Assembly: GCA_002104905.1 (NCBI GenBank)
Contig: MCFE01000044.1
Coordinates: forward strand, 62,001 to 126,000
DNA from: Basidiobolus meristosporus CBS 931.73
Taxonomy: Eukaryota; Fungi; Basidiobolomycota
Reading direction: 5' to 3'
DNA: 64,000 nucleotides
The position numbers and the translations under genes are program-made. Shown in pieces: positions 61,975 through 64,000 of this stretch (position 1 is the stretch's first letter; each line of letters starts with the position of its first letter). The notes under the pieces were generated by a model that was not told the DNA's origin, did not search any database, and was given only the letters and a program-made list of their open reading frames with translations.

Positions 61975-63372
61975 TCACTTTTTCGAAAACAAATAGTGGG
62001 AAACTCCCCATTCTTGCCCGTTTCTGAAACTAAACAATTCCGCACACGCCAGGTAAAAGACCCTCCACCGATTCAACCACACTTTCCCTTCTTTCTCTCC
62101 ACCGTATGTCTTTGACAGGATAGGTAGTACCTTTTCTCTATTACTGTCGAGTACCTTCAGCCAGGCCTCGGATGTTCTGCCTATTGTGTGTGAATCAATT
62201 AATTAGATTAAATCCAAGGTATTAAATGTGGCGAATACCAACCATAGTGAGTGCCATCCACGAACCATTGATCAACAATGGTCAAGTCGTCTTGGAAATA
62301 CAGGAATAGATCGCTACTTGGCATGGTCCCTCCGGTAAAGAAGTACTCAGCCATCCACGAGTGGTCGTCCTCTGTCACGAAATCGTATGGAATATGTTTG
62401 TGACAAAAAATATGGACAAATAGTAGACCATCGTCCTTTAGCCATCCGGAAGTCTTGTGCAATAATTGCTTGTAATTTTTCATATGTTCAAACATCTCAA
62501 TACTCAGTATTCTATCAAACCTATCAACCGAGTTAGTGCAATTCTTGGAAGACAGAGGCATACGACTTACTGCAGATCTTGATTCTGGTATTCATTTATG
62601 TCGGCGGTGATAATGTGGAGATTCTTGATCCCTCTCTCCTCAGCTCTGTCCTGTATATAGGTCTTTTGGGTTGAGGAATTTGATAGTCCGGTGATTTGCG
62701 AATTGGGGTATTTCTGGATGCAGGAATAGCCATATTAGTTAAGAGTTTTGAAGGGTTTTTGTGAATTAGATGATTACCTGAGCCAGAAAAAGGGATAAGC
62801 TTCCCCAACCACAACCAAGATCTAGTATCTTCATACCATCCTGAAGACGTGCTTTGACACAATAAGACTCCAACATCAGCTCTTCAGCTTCGTTCAGACT
62901 TTCCGTACCTAGATTCAAGTAAGCCTCGCATTCCAATTTCCAGCTATTCACCTGGGTTAACTTACCAGTTGGGAACAGACAGCATGAATACTTCATTCTT
63001 TTTCCAAGAGTATATTGGAAGAACTCAGTAGGCACCTCGATCGATGTTAGCCTTGATGCTACTTATATCGAGAGGGTAGGTTCTGACTATAGGGCTTACC
63101 TCGTAATGCTGCTTATTGGCCTCCGTAGTATGCAAGGCGATCGGACGCTCTTTTAAGCTTTTAATGTAGTCCATCTTCTTCTCCATGTTAGAGGCCTCTG
63201 CTCCATTACCGTTGATTTCTGCAAGTCTAATTCCCAACAACTGCCGAATGCCCGTTCGCAAAGCGATATCAGGAAGTAGACCGTTGTCAAGAAGTGGCTC
63301 ATACCAGGTTGGAGGAGGCGTTGGAACCCAATCCAGAGTTTTTGAGATGAGAGAGCTTATCAAGGAAGTCAT
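61975..63372 (-). CDS. SAM-dependent methyltransferase, CMAS/cyclopropane synthase family, coclaurine N-methyltransferase-like; multi-exon
   Basis: [81 protein letters not shown]...EWGVSHYLF. Confidence 0.92.
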
Positions 63373-63676
63373 GACAGGAAACAAAGAGTTAAAGGATGGG
63401 TCTAGTAGCTTTCCCTTATATAGCATAATGAGTTGTCATCAAAACGGATGAATGCATTACAACATTCTAAGCCACTAATAATTATTTATCGGTTGAATCG
63501 TGAATGCTATGCTTTCTCTCTGATTTCAAACCATCATCGAGATTTTCAGTTCTCAACCCATTATCCTATCAATGATCGCACTGGTTACTACGTATTACAA
63601 CTGTGTGCCAAACCAAAATCCTTGATAGCCAAGTTGCTTCTTAAGTTACCATCAAATACAATTCAACCCGAAAATA

Positions 63677-64000
63677 ATGTGCATTAATTTTTGGACACTT
63701 CAACACCCCAAGTATAGATTGTGAGTGTTCCTATCACTTGTATTCTAACCTTACGTGTTGCTGACCCTATTTCGATTGGGAATCTCCAGTGTCTTTGCCT
63801 CGAATCGGGACGAGTTCTTGGCACGCGCAACTAAACGAGCGGAATTTTGGCCTCCGGCCGAGAGTGCTCTTTCTGGAATCGACACGACCCATATCACTGC
63901 CAACGAACCGATAGGTGGCACTTGGTTGGGCGTTAACAAAAAGGGACGCTTCGTGAGCTTGACTAACTTTCGTGAACCAGTAAGCCCCGGAGCAAGTGCG
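63677..64000 (+). CDS. TANGO2: TANGO2/NRDE family protein, 5' part (runs off the window); intron 63721-63789
   Basis: MCINFW...HPKYRFVFASNRDEFLARAT, GGTWLGVNKKGRFVSLTNFRE. Confidence 0.9.

Overview
Eukaryotic, intron-containing genomic DNA. Short GT-AG introns of about 55-70 nt and the gene content suggest an early-diverging fungus (Basidiobolus/Zoopagomycota-like; this is inference). The window has two sharply different halves. (1) 1-~38,100 is a gene-free, AT-rich, strongly CpG-depleted nest of LTR retrotransposons. It holds two Ty1/copia families (A, ~369-bp LTRs; B, ~349-bp LTRs), both with a Ty5/Drosophila-copia-type half-tRNA primer site GGTTATGAGCCC, plus decayed Ty3/gypsy elements. 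One family-A element (11594-16280) is structurally complete, with a GACCC target-site duplication (TSD) and ~99% identical LTRs, but its RT and RNase H catalytic residues are mutated. (2) ~38,100-64,000 has normal CpG content and 12 host genes: mitoferrin MRS3/4, SUR2, GRX3/4, a glycosyltransferase-like/alginate-lyase-like membrane protein, Borealin, SEC23, a UPF0658-like membrane protein, a WrbA/Pst2-like quinone reductase, a BCAS3-like WD40 protein, an unknown His-rich membrane protein with an apparent frameshift, a CNMT/CMAS-like methyltransferase and the 5' end of TANGO2. Best leads: a mitoferrin-SUR2-GRX4 trio with SreA/Fep1-type GATA boxes; the glycosyltransferase/pseudo-lyase fusion; a Borealin with a metazoan-type C-terminal domain; and the methylation-type mutational footprint on the TE nest. 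All calls come from reading the sequence and recalled motifs. No searches were run, counts are by eye, and exon boundaries are inferred.
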